From Proteromonas lacertae (Eukaryota): 64,000 bases of DNA. Positions 1 through 10,050 of this stretch are shown piece by piece. Below the pieces are notes generated by a model. That model did no database searches. It was not told where the DNA came from and saw only the letters and a program-made list of their open reading frames with translations. Positions within the stretch are counted from its first letter, which is position 1; every line of letters begins with the position of its first letter. A program made the translations under genes and the position numbers. The stretch covers positions 1 to 64,000 of the forward strand of contig NGBS01000895.1 of assembly GCA_002245135.1 (NCBI GenBank), given 5' to 3'.

Positions 1-3000
1 ATCCAATATAATTCTAGGTGTGTTGCTTTTAAGCTGTTTTTTCTTATTCACCAATCCAAGCTCCATAGCCCAACTCTGTTGTAACTGTGATAAGTTTTCG
101 TACTTTATACACTTCTTTTCAGGTAATAATGGATATTCATCGAATTTATGAGTGTTTGAAGGAGGCTCGATATCCACCTCTAATATATAACCTCTGGAGT
201 CTTTATTATCCCATTCATCATTTACATGCTTTTCTTTTCAAACATTTCTTCATATGTTTTAATGTTATATATTTGACTGAAATACATATTCATCAATTCC
301 TGCTCATTTCCTTCTTCCCACTTGAAATCTGCATATGGTAGTTTCATTGTAGCCATTGTACTTGGATATAGTGAATTGTAATCTACATAGCAAATATATG
401 ATTCTATCTGAGGAGGATGTTCTGCTATATAGGGTGGGTCCATATAGTGATTATGTGCTTCTTCTAAACGACTCGAACCAACCATAGATATACCACCTAT
501 TAAACCACTGTGAATAAAATCGTATTTATCTTGGTCACTAATCAACTCTATCTCTACTGGACAATATTTCAAAAACACACTCCATGACAAACCAGGTGAT
601 GATAAGTGCCAACAAGGGTCTAAATCAAAGTTTTTAAAAACAACTTTTCTGAAGTGATCAAATACTGAGGATAAAGTGAGAACATCCATGGCTAAATAAA
701 ATTTATTATAATCCATTAAATCTTTACACTGAATGACATCCCACAACTCACAGCATGATGCATACTCTATATTTGTTATATTATCACTCTGTTTTAATTT
801 TGAAGCAAAATCTTCTTTTTTAGGTAAACGGCTAGTTTTATAATATTTGTCCAAACTATCACAATATTCATATGGGAAGTGTCCCTTCTCTAATCCCCAC
901 TTATCTATGAAATCTTCCACTGACCATCCACTACTGGTCAATTTTTGATAGATGAATTGTTCTCTGTCAGTAACAAAGTCATATACTGGTTTGAATAAAT
1001 ATTTTTTATTTGAGTGTTCATTTGCTTCTACTTTTAATGACTTTACTAAACTATCTAATGATGCGGGCATGAACTGGCAACTGTCTATGAATCTTAACTT
1101 CTTGAATTTGATCATTAAAAATTTATTATCTGTTTTCATTAAAACGGATAGTTTTGTTCGATATCTCTTTTTCTTAGGTTTAGGTCTTGGTTCAGGTTGC
1201 TGAGGTAATATAGGTGGTGATACTGATGAACTATCATCTAATGGTGACAATGTGGGTGATACATTTACAACATTATCTCTATGTATCATTTCATGTAACA
1301 TGTTGAATGCTTCTTCATCATTATTTTCAATAGTGGGATCAACATTTATGATTGTCACAGTGGGATCCATACTTCTTGGAGTATCACATTCTTCAATGTC
1401 ACTATCTGTTTCAGTGTCAGCATTATAGTTGTTAATCAGTGCTTGTTGCTCTTCCATCTTTCTTTCTTCTTCTATGCTATCATTATAGTTAGATATCATA
1501 TCAGGAATTGGAATATCGGCTTGATTCTGGTTTGACTCTTGAATTTCAATTTCTGGCAGATCTGTATCCTGTATAGTGTTCATATTCTCCAAAATCCATT
1601 GTGCTTCATATTCTTTGTCTTTCTTAGCTAATGCTCTGATAATAAAATTATTATCGTAATTTTTGCTATTATGTGCCAACACTGGAATATACATATTTCT
1701 TAAATCACAGTGCCAGTTACACTTATTACATAGAGTTGCTATGTATTGACCAGTGAAGTGGTCATGGTGCTTAACAGGTCTCAAATCTTTATCTTTACTG
1801 ATAAATTGCTTATGACAATATGCACATTCTTTATTCGCATCATCTGATTCAATATATCCCCACATTTTGTGGGTGTGCTATCTTGTCTTCATATATTTTC
1901 ATTATATTATCTTGAATCTCTAAGAATTTGTTAACTAATCTTGTTTCTAACACTGATGGATCTTCACCTGGTTTAAGTTCATCAAAATATGTTTTCTCTG
2001 GAATTGTACCTGGATACTGAGAACTGATGTGTATGCACCAGCTGCTCATGACATGTTTCTTGTATGCACCTTTTGCATTTTTGATAACTGTATTTGATGG
2101 TAAATCTTCTTGGTATGTCTCAGTGTCCCAGTATAGTACCACTGGCATCATTTGCATAAACTTATAATTTTTAAATGATATCATTGTTTCAGGATCAGGG
2201 AACTCTCTGATAATACCTCTGTTGTTGCATACTTGACAATTTATTTTTGATGATATTGGAATGATTTATCACTGAATAATCTACAGAAGCAATATGGACA
2301 TCTTTCTACATAATTACTACACTTTTGTTTCAATGGAAGTAAAAATGCATTTAAGTTGGTAATTGGGTAAAAATGATTTCCATAGAACAATACATTGGCA
2401 TGAGGCCAATTTTTGAATTTATCTATCTGAGTGACATATAATGGTATAGCTTCATCAAAATCCACTGTAAATATGTTAAGAGTGATTTTATTATTTTTCT
2501 CAAACTGACGTATACCATTTTGCTGATTTATTGGATCTAATGGAAATTCCAAGTAATCAGTGTTATATGATTGTACATAATGCTTATAATTTGTGTTCGA
2601 TTTATTCTTAGGGAATTCCATATAATGAATTGATGCAGCAACTGCATACAGAAAACATACATTTTGTCTACCAACTGCTTTACTGAATTTTAATGTTATA
2701 ATGCATTTTTTATTTACTAACTCTTCTGGTAACTCTATATTATCAATTTCATTATCATTGGTAGCAGAACCAGCTGTGACAATAGAACGAGCCAAATTAA
2801 TTACTACTTCATTAATCCATCTAAATCTTAAATCTGATTTTTGAGTATTAAATATCTCACCCATATTGTCATATAAGTGGTATATAATTTTTCTGGTAAA
2901 ACTTCACCTAAATCACCTTTAGTACAAATTACATATCAGTGTCAAAACTCTTCCAGTTTGTCATCGTTTCTTCAGATTCTGCAGTTTCTATTACATCTGC

Positions 3001-3847
3001 TGAGATATAAGCTACTTTGAAAGTAAAATAAATTTTTGCATATCCAAAGTAATCTATGAAATTTCTTATTTTTACCATACACTCTGGAATTGACTGTTGT
3101 TCTTCTTCTTCTTGCTGTTGTTGCTTATTTCTATCTCTTGTATATCCAGTTAACTCTTCAAACACTCTTTCTGGTGATTTTGCAATTTCAAATTTTCTTT
3201 ACCAAATTTGACAGGTATTGACATACTGTACATTTTGGATGATCTTTCTACATTTCCATCAATTCTCTTCTCTGTGGTATAGGTAATCTTCTTATTTGTT
3301 GAGGATGATTTTCTAACACATCTAATGCCTCCAATGTATCTTTCATTTCTTCTTTGGTCTCATTACTCACATTTGGTGCTTGAGGATGTGTCTCTGGTAT
3401 ATCTGACACAGGTGGTGCAATTTGATGTGGAGACTCTGGAATTTCATCATCCTCTAAATATCGTTGAAATTGTTCAGCACTCACTCTACGAACTTTGGGT
3501 GATGGAGGTGGCTCAGCTTGGATGGTTGGTCTTCTCAGTGGTGTTTGGTACTGTGGGTTCTGCACTATTTGTACAGGTGGTCTAGGCAGTATAGGTCTAA
3601 ATGAACTTTGACTCAAAGTGTTGATTGGGTTTTGCAATGGAGGTGGTGGTTGCTGTACTGATTGTTGCTGGGTATACAATGGTGGTGGTGGTGCATACAT
3701 GGGCATAGGTGGTGGTGCCATCATAGGTTGAGGTGCATAGTAGTACATGGGCTGCACAGGAGGCATACCAGGGTTGTATGGACCTGTAGTACCTGCTCCA
3801 TACATAGGATGAAACATATTATATGGATAAGGGTATCCTGGGTACAT
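1..3847 (-). pseudogene. Family B (protein-primed type) DNA polymerase with exonuclease and endonuclease-VII-like Zn motif, split by about 7 frameshifts; 3' end is outside the window
   Basis: ORFs 3248-3859, 2929-3165, 2241-2864, 1849-2184, 222-1865 and an open frame from ~235 to 1 join by 1-nt shifts. Motifs: CFLYAVAA, HFYPITNLNAFL, CPYCF, FKNY..PVVLYWDTE (ExoI), CAYC..HHDHFTGQYIATLCNKCN, HNSKNYDNNFI (ExoII), RFIDSCQF, KGHFPYEY, YLAMDVLTL (ExoIII), YVDYNSLYPSTM (Pol motif A), GYILEVDIE..DEYPLLPE. Confidence 0.9.
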
Positions 3848-3896
3848 CTTTGACTTCAAGAATCTTGAATCTTGAATGTTTAATCTGAGTGGCTAG

Positions 3897-4007
3897 ATTG
3901 GTACTCAAAACCAATAGAAATCGATTGCAATATGATTGGACCACGTATCTGCATTAGCCAATGAAATATAATTAAAAATCTAAAAATGCAAAAATATATC
4001 CGTTTCA
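3897..4007. promoter_or_regulatory. Bidirectional promoter cassette 1 of the element (four CCAAT/ATTGG boxes, CACGTAT, AAAAATATATCCGTTTCA)
   Basis: ATTGG 3897, CCAAT 3911, ATTGGACCACGTAT 3935, CCAAT 3958 and an 18-mer at 3990-4007 lie between divergent starts at 3847 and 4031. The same layout recurs at 5277-5378. Confidence 0.6.
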
Positions 4008-4030
4008 AAATTTTATAATTTTTTTAAATT

Positions 4031-4315
4031 ATGAACATAGACAATGCTAGAAAAAATTTTGAGATGTGGGAACAGTATATACATAACATTGTGAATAGTT
4101 TACCGAGTGATGAAGAAATCTTAAAAGCAGCGCCAGAATCGATATCCAGATATACTAAGAAGGCAGCAAAATTAATACCATTGCTTAAAAAAATTAATGA
4201 TGAGTGTGATGATGAATTTAGTGAGAGAATTCAAAAATTAGAAAATGATATGTTAGCTAAAAAAGAAGCATCTGCTTTATTACTTATTGAGTTAATGGAT
4301 CAGCTTAATTTTTAA
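4031..4315 (+). CDS. Hypothetical helical protein (94 aa) of the element
   Basis: Clean intronless ORF with its ATG 24 nt downstream of the conserved 18-mer; no recognised family. Confidence 0.65.
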   Translation: MNIDNARKNFEMWEQYIHNIVNSLPSDEEILKAAPESISRYTKKAAKLIPLLKKINDECDDEFSERIQKLENDMLAKKEASALLLIELMDQLNF

Positions 4316-4409
4316 TTATTTTCTTAGGTTATTATGACTATATATACATATAAAACCCCCAAAAAATAATTTTGATCCTGAAACGGATATATTTTTACTT
4401 CTCTCATGT

Positions 4410-5231
4410 TTATGCACAAGGATCCACTATAATACCTTTAGCAATTAAATCTTCAATCAAATGGCTTTTGCTAGGCTGCCAACATATTTTGATATGCTGT
4501 TGAACCCAATTGTAAGGTAATGTTGTATCTAAGACAACTGGAGCTCTTGGAAGTATAATCTCATAAGAACTGTGCTCTTTACATCTCTGAAATAATGGAT
4601 TCTTTAAATGAAACTGAGGTCCAAGAATTGTGATTCTTGCATTGTTATCCATTAAAAAATTATTACTTTCAGGACATATCTTCAGGTAGCATTGTATTCC
4701 TTCAATTTTATCATCTTCAGGATATGTTAATTGGTATAGAGGTTCTAAATTATCATTCTTACACTTGTAGACCATATAACCAATTTTGCTGTCAAAGACA
4801 ACATCTTTTATATTTCCAACATGGTTTCCCATAGGATTGCATACAAATTCTTCCATACCTGGATCCATCTTCGGAATGTCAAAATGATCCTCCTTTTTGA
4901 TTTTATATTTCTTACACATGAATTCTTCATACTCTACATCTTCTCTAAAATCATCCCAGCTGATGTGCTTCTGCACCCATGGCTCACCTAAAGATGTTCT
5001 CACATGTGGACGAAAGCATTGAGGAAACAATACCTTCCACTGTTTCTTATCATCATTGACTTGTAAATGAGGTTCATTGATAGTATAGTCTGGACCACAC
5101 AACATGATTTTGACATTTTCTTCTAAAAGCTTCTTATTTGTCTCAGGAGGTATGATGAGTATAGTACAGGCACTTGTTGTGATCTGTACCACTAATAAAT
5201 CCATTAATACGTAAGTTTTAGGAGTAATCAT
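4410..5231 (-). CDS. Hypothetical protein (273 aa) with an internal duplication of a ~70-aa domain
   Basis: Clean ORF with a variant 18-mer (5242-5259, minus sense) just upstream of the ATG; two repeats of pattern C.L.I.PE.N..L...N..I...GP......P..Q...WVQ.HI..W. Confidence 0.75.
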   Translation of the reverse strand: MITPKTYVLMDLLVVQITTSACTILIIPPETNKKLLEENVKIMLCGPDYTINEPHLQVNDDKKQWKVLFPQCFRPHVRTSLGEPWVQKHISWDDFREDVEYEEFMCKKYKIKKEDHFDIPKMDPGMEEFVCNPMGNHVGNIKDVVFDSKIGYMVYKCKNDNLEPLYQLTYPEDDKIEGIQCYLKICPESNNFLMDNNARITILGPQFHLKNPLFQRCKEHSSYEIILPRAPVVLDTTLPYNWVQQHIKICWQPSKSHLIEDLIAKGIIVDPCA

Positions 5232-5241
5232 AATATCTATA

Positions 5242-5378
5242 TGAAACGAATATTTTTTTATTTTTTATCTCAATTAATTGGTTAGTTGATAAAGATATAT
5301 GTTTTGACCAATCATATTGGAACACGTATAGGAGTCATCCAATTAGGTTTCAAGAAAATAAAAAATATATCCGTTTCA
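5242..5378. promoter_or_regulatory. Bidirectional promoter cassette 2 of the element
   Basis: TGAAACGAATATTTTTTT 5242-5259, ATTGG 5277, CCAAT 5308, ATTGGAACACGTAT 5316, CCAAT 5339 and AAAAATATATCCGTTTCA 5361-5378 lie between divergent ATGs at 5231 and 5407. Confidence 0.6.
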
Positions 5379-5406
5379 ATCCCTATCATTAATTTTCAAT
5401 ATTAAG

Positions 5407-5958
5407 ATGTCTAAACATCAAAGATCCTATGATGAGTTATATCATAGAGATTTTCAGATGATAGTGGATGGTTTTCCTAACTTAATTAAAAAAGTTAGAG
5501 ATATCAGATGTATCCTTCAACCATTTGCAGCTAAAGGTAGTAGAGGAATATATAAAAAGATGACAACTGCCCAAGAGGAGTTATTCAGAATTTATTTAGA
5601 TGAAACCATCATAAAATTAGATGACATTTTTACAACAGCTCAAAGTACTCTAAGTTTCAACTCAGAAATGTCGTTGTTTAAGAAGAGGTTACTATTTGAA
5701 AGAAATTTAGATTATATAAGAGACAATGGCTGTCAATGGCATGACATTCTCAAATGTTATGGTGAGACAACGATAGATGTAGTAAGTAAGTTACATTCGT
5801 TAATGGTTGATGACATATTTAAGTATCAAGAGGTAGTTGGGCAAGCCATCAATATTTATTATAATTTCCCTTCTACAGTCAATCCGCCAAAAATTGAAAT
5901 GTATACCAAATTACAAATAGATGGTGTGAAATCATTAAAGAAGCTGAAGAAGAATTAA
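5407..5958 (+). CDS. Hypothetical protein (183 aa) of the element, basic C-terminus
   Basis: Clean intronless ORF starting 29 nt after the conserved 18-mer; no recognised family. Confidence 0.7.
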   Translation: MSKHQRSYDELYHRDFQMIVDGFPNLIKKVRDIRCILQPFAAKGSRGIYKKMTTAQEELFRIYLDETIIKLDDIFTTAQSTLSFNSEMSLFKKRLLFERNLDYIRDNGCQWHDILKCYGETTIDVVSKLHSLMVDDIFKYQEVVGQAINIYYNFPSTVNPPKIEMYTKLQIDGVKSLKKLKKN

Positions 5959-6098
5959 TTAATTAAATGATCATTAGAGTTAATATTTCGAGTTAACTAC
6001 TTCATTCGAATCTATATGTGTTGGGGATGAAACTGTATCATAATTAAAACTAAATTCTAACTACAAAGACAAGAATAATCAAAAAATTAAAGAAAGAA

Positions 6099-6228
6099 TG
6101 TAACGGATATTTTTTAGAAACAAAATGTAACGGTAAAAATACACTATAGGGAAATAGCACACATTGAAACGGCTATTTTTTTGAATCAAAAACACATATA
6201 GGGAAATGGCACACTGTGCTATTTCCCT
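6099..6228. repeat. Subterminal direct repeats and hairpin
   Basis: TG(T/A)AACGG at 6099, 6126 and 6165; TATAGGGAAAT(A/G)GCACAC at ~6145 and ~6197; inverted repeat AGGGAAATGGCACA-C-TGTGCTATTTCCCT at 6200-6228 (one G.T pair). Confidence 0.7.
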
Positions 6229-6679
6229 TTATTATTCATTATTATTAATATTATGTTAATAATATGTTATTGTGAGTCATCATTGAGAAATAGATCAAAA
6301 TAATAGTAATATAAAAAGTGCATCGACTGACGGTCAAATTTGATATTTGAAAGATGATGTATAAAACATTAATTTTGTATTTATGGTTAGATAATATGCT
6401 TCTTAACTCATATTCAATAGGAGGTCAACTAATAGTTAGTATAAGGAAGGTAAAGGTCAAGCTAAAGATATAGGTTTTGACCTATAGGTAAACCTATATT
6501 TTTTGACCGAAAAATACAACACTGATTATTTTATGATAAAATGTCACTCTTATATTTTATTATTTATTTATGTATAAAGCAGTTGCGCAGATTGTTCAAA
6601 TATTGTACAAATAGCATATTCAACTCCATTGTAATTCATATAATCAAAATAACAAAAAAAAAGAATAATAAAAACAATT

Positions 6680-8295
6680 TCATTCATAAGTTTTGTTATA
6701 GATAAAGTCAATCATCACTTTTATACCAAACAAATATCCTGCGCTTATAAAAAACAACAACAATTCCATTAGTGGACCTTTCACTGTTATAAATGATAAT
6801 TCACTTTTATTGATTGTATAGAATTTATAATTACTTTTCAATTCAGATTTATCCATTATATACTCATTACAATTTTCTTCAAATTCTTTACTAATACCTT
6901 TCACTAACATATTTTTATCATTTATCAACATTAATGCATTCTCACTGTTGTTATAGAATTTCGATATTTGTTTTACATTAATTGCACTTATATTAAACTC
7001 ATTTCCTATTATTGATATATCTTCGTTCATTGGATATAATATATGTAAAATACTATCAGTTATAAATTTCAAATTATTTATATAACTATCCATATTAATT
7101 GTTTTATCAAATATGCTAGTTATTTTATCTATATTATTATTTTCATTATCATCATCATATATTCTATTTGTTAAAGTGCCTGCTGCTATATGACTGTAAC
7201 TAAATCGTTCATGTTCGAATCGCAATTCTTCTTTTCCAATTATTATCTTCTTATGGACAATCTCAAATTTTATATTATAATATTTGGATACTTTCTCAAA
7301 CGTTTTATAGATATTTTTCAATTCTTCACTTTTACCTAATCTACTAACATATAAATACAACTCATTTGATTTACCAATTGAATCTAAACATAAACTAAAC
7401 TCAATACTATCTAATAATGCTCCACTTGCTTTATTTAACCAACTATCAGCTCCAATATAATTCATACTACCTCCATCTAATAATAGAAATAGCAAATTAT
7501 ATTTTGGTATGATATTTTCATCATAGTTATATAAATGAGACATAAATCGTAAGATTTCTAATACACCGATTGTTCCACTTCCACTGCTACTTATTCCACT
7601 TCCATATGTTGGTAAGATTGACAAAGTATCATAATGAGAAACAATTGCAATTGTTGGTAATTCGGTATTTATATTGTTATTATTTCCACTTAACCAACCT
7701 TGGAAATTGATTGTGTTAATTTCTTTCATTGGCTTAGAAAATGACATTTTGCTAATTAATTTATAAGTATTATCATTCTATTCAATATAAACATAATTAC
7801 AAAATATTATATACAGATAAAGTGATTTCTTCAAATATTTGGGTTAACTCAGCATTTTCTTCAGTGAAATACATAAAGCATTCAAATGAGTGGGTAAATA
7901 TGTACTTTTCTAGTTCTTTCATATTTATTAACTCTTGTTCTATGATATTATCGAAATTAGATGGAAGAAGGAACAATATTCCAGCAACTTGCCTTTCATT
8001 AACCAAAGTATCTATTAAATCTGAGGTACCTTCATTGAATCGCATCATAACAACATTGTTATGAAAACGAGCAGTTGGAATGGCAGAAATTACATTCTTG
8101 TAGTGAATGGCAAATGAATCAACAGGGAAGTCTTTAACACCATACTGAATTCCTTCTTTATCGTATCTTATCACTTTGTGAGCTTCCAAATTCAGTCTAT
8201 AACAACTAACTTCTAATACAACCAAACAAATGCATAAAAGAGTCTATTACAACGATATGTATATGAGTGAATAATACTCGTAAATTCGATTTCAT
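6680..8295 (-). CDS. NCLN: Nicalin (inactive M28 peptidase-like ER membrane protein), 3 exons
   Basis: Spliced start MKSNLRTLLCICLVVLEVSC (signal peptide); NFQGWLSG..LPTIAIVSHYD, SGSGTIGVLE, YNLLFLL..G.MNYIG, LCLDSIG, FEHERF, C-terminal TM helix; 34- and 37-nt GT-AG introns. Confidence 0.85.
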
Positions 8296-8362
8296 TCAAA
8301 CAACAAAAATGCAAAAAAAAGAAAAAATGAAAATGTCAAGCAAGTATCAAGCCCAGCAAAAA

Positions 8363-9849
8363 ATGAAAAGACGAAATTCTTTAGAATGTATAGAATTAAT
8401 CATATAATTTATATTTCATATAGCAAAAAATACCTCAAAAGTACGGATTTTGTCATTTACAGCACTTAATTCATACTTGAGATCCAAATTCTGTCAAGGT
8501 TACGTACCAGATGTTATGATAGGAAGAGAAAAATATCATGAGGAGCTATTAAAACATTTAGAACAGACTATAGAAAACAAACAGAATAATAGGTATTTAT
8601 CTTCTTTACGCTGATGATATAGTATATTAATAACAGGAGAAGAAGGAATAGGTAAAACAACAATGGTAAAATTGACAATAAAACAATTGAATAATGAATA
8701 TAAAACACCAGAAAGTATAAAAATAAAATATAATGTTATTAATAGATCAATATCCATTCATTCCAATCTGGTTAGATTCCTCCATACAATTGGATGATGA
8801 TACAGCATTCAAAGAAATCAGTAGGCAATTATCAATAGACGATTCTAGAAGTATAATATATTAATATAAATAAAAAAATATATAATTCAATAGAAGTTGA
8901 TGTAAAAGGAAATGTTGGAAATTTCAGTTCATTTTTAATAACAATACTCAAAGAAGGATCAATTTCAGGTATTCCTTTGATATTCATATTAAATCACTTT
9001 GATGGATTTATCCATAGAACAAAACAGACTTTGTTATATCAACTATTTGATTTAATTCAAAATGAAAACAGTCGTTTAGCTTTAGTTGGAATAACCAGTT
9101 CAATTGATAATGTAGAATCAATGGAAAAGAGAATAGTTAGTAGATTTTCACGATTACAGATAGTAATTCCAAGATTAAGTTTAGATAATATATTAGAAAT
9201 AATTCAAACATCTTTACAACTTCCAAATGGAGTAGAATGTCAAAGTAATATCATTAATAATGTTTTTAATAAGAAAAACAAAGAAGTTTTTAGTTTATTG
9301 GAGAGAAGATATAAATGTGGTTTTATTTTAACTTATTTTCTCAATTTAGTATTATTATCTATTACATATCTAAGAGATGGACATCCAAATATTACATATG
9401 AAGATATTATAGAAGTGGATAGAGTATTAGTTGGTGATATTCATTTAGAATATATTAGAGATTTGACTGAAATAGAACTGATTATTATGATTGGAAGTTT
9501 AGTTTTATTATCACAAGAAAAATATCCAATTACACTTCAAATGGTTAAAAAAGAGTATGAAGAATATAATAATAGAAACGAATCTGTTATTTCAAATGTT
9601 GAAAATTATACTACAAATCAATTGATTATTGGATTAAGACAATTGTATAGGAAAGGATTGATTTCTTCTAACTTAACTTCTAATAATGATAATAGTAACT
9701 TTTATTCGAATAATGCACAAACAGTTCATAGTCCTTTTAGATTGACAGTTGATCCAACTGTATTGTTTCAGTATATGAAAGACAATCACAATCAACTCAA
9801 AATTAATACACATTTATGCACTTGGTTAGAAAGAGCTAGATCTAATTAG
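8363..9849 (+). CDS. ORC4: Origin recognition complex subunit 4 (AAA+), multi-exon; in-frame upstream ATGs at 8309/8327/8333 are possible alternative starts
   Basis: Walker A ILITGEEGIGKTT (~8623-8662); IFILNHFDGFIHRTKQTLLYQLFD..LALVGITSS...MEKRIVSRFS matches the ORC4 pattern IFILDEFD..QTLLYNLFD..LEKRVKSRFS. Confidence 0.9.
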
Positions 9850-10050
9850 TGAAGAATATAAATTATTGTGTTTTTATCAAATTTGTTATTTTGCTTTATT
9901 TTTATTTGAAATAGAATATGTTTTGCTCACAAAATGCATAAAATCTATTTGCACACTTGCAAATTATGTGTATATTCAAAAACAACATTTGGAGGGATTT
10001 AAAAAAGCTTGTCAATTCAAACTTCGTAAATATTAAAATTAGGCATAAAG

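Larger units (their letters stand above)
1..6230. mobile_element. Right-hand part of an integrated Polinton/Maverick-like (adintovirus/PLV-like) DNA element; continues beyond the window start
   Basis: Contains a protein-primed PolB gene and intronless orphan ORFs, is visibly richer in G+C than the flanking host DNA, has element-specific repeated motifs, and ends in a repeat/hairpin block at 6099-6228 before host genes resume. The right boundary is approximate (6230-6510). Confidence 0.75.

Noticed and set aside
222..3260. Stop-codon reassignment, introns or programmed frameshifting explaining the PolB breaks
   Set aside because: The breaks need frame changes rather than readthrough, lack GT-AG intron structure and share no slippery motif; host genes end normally at TAA/TAG/TGA.
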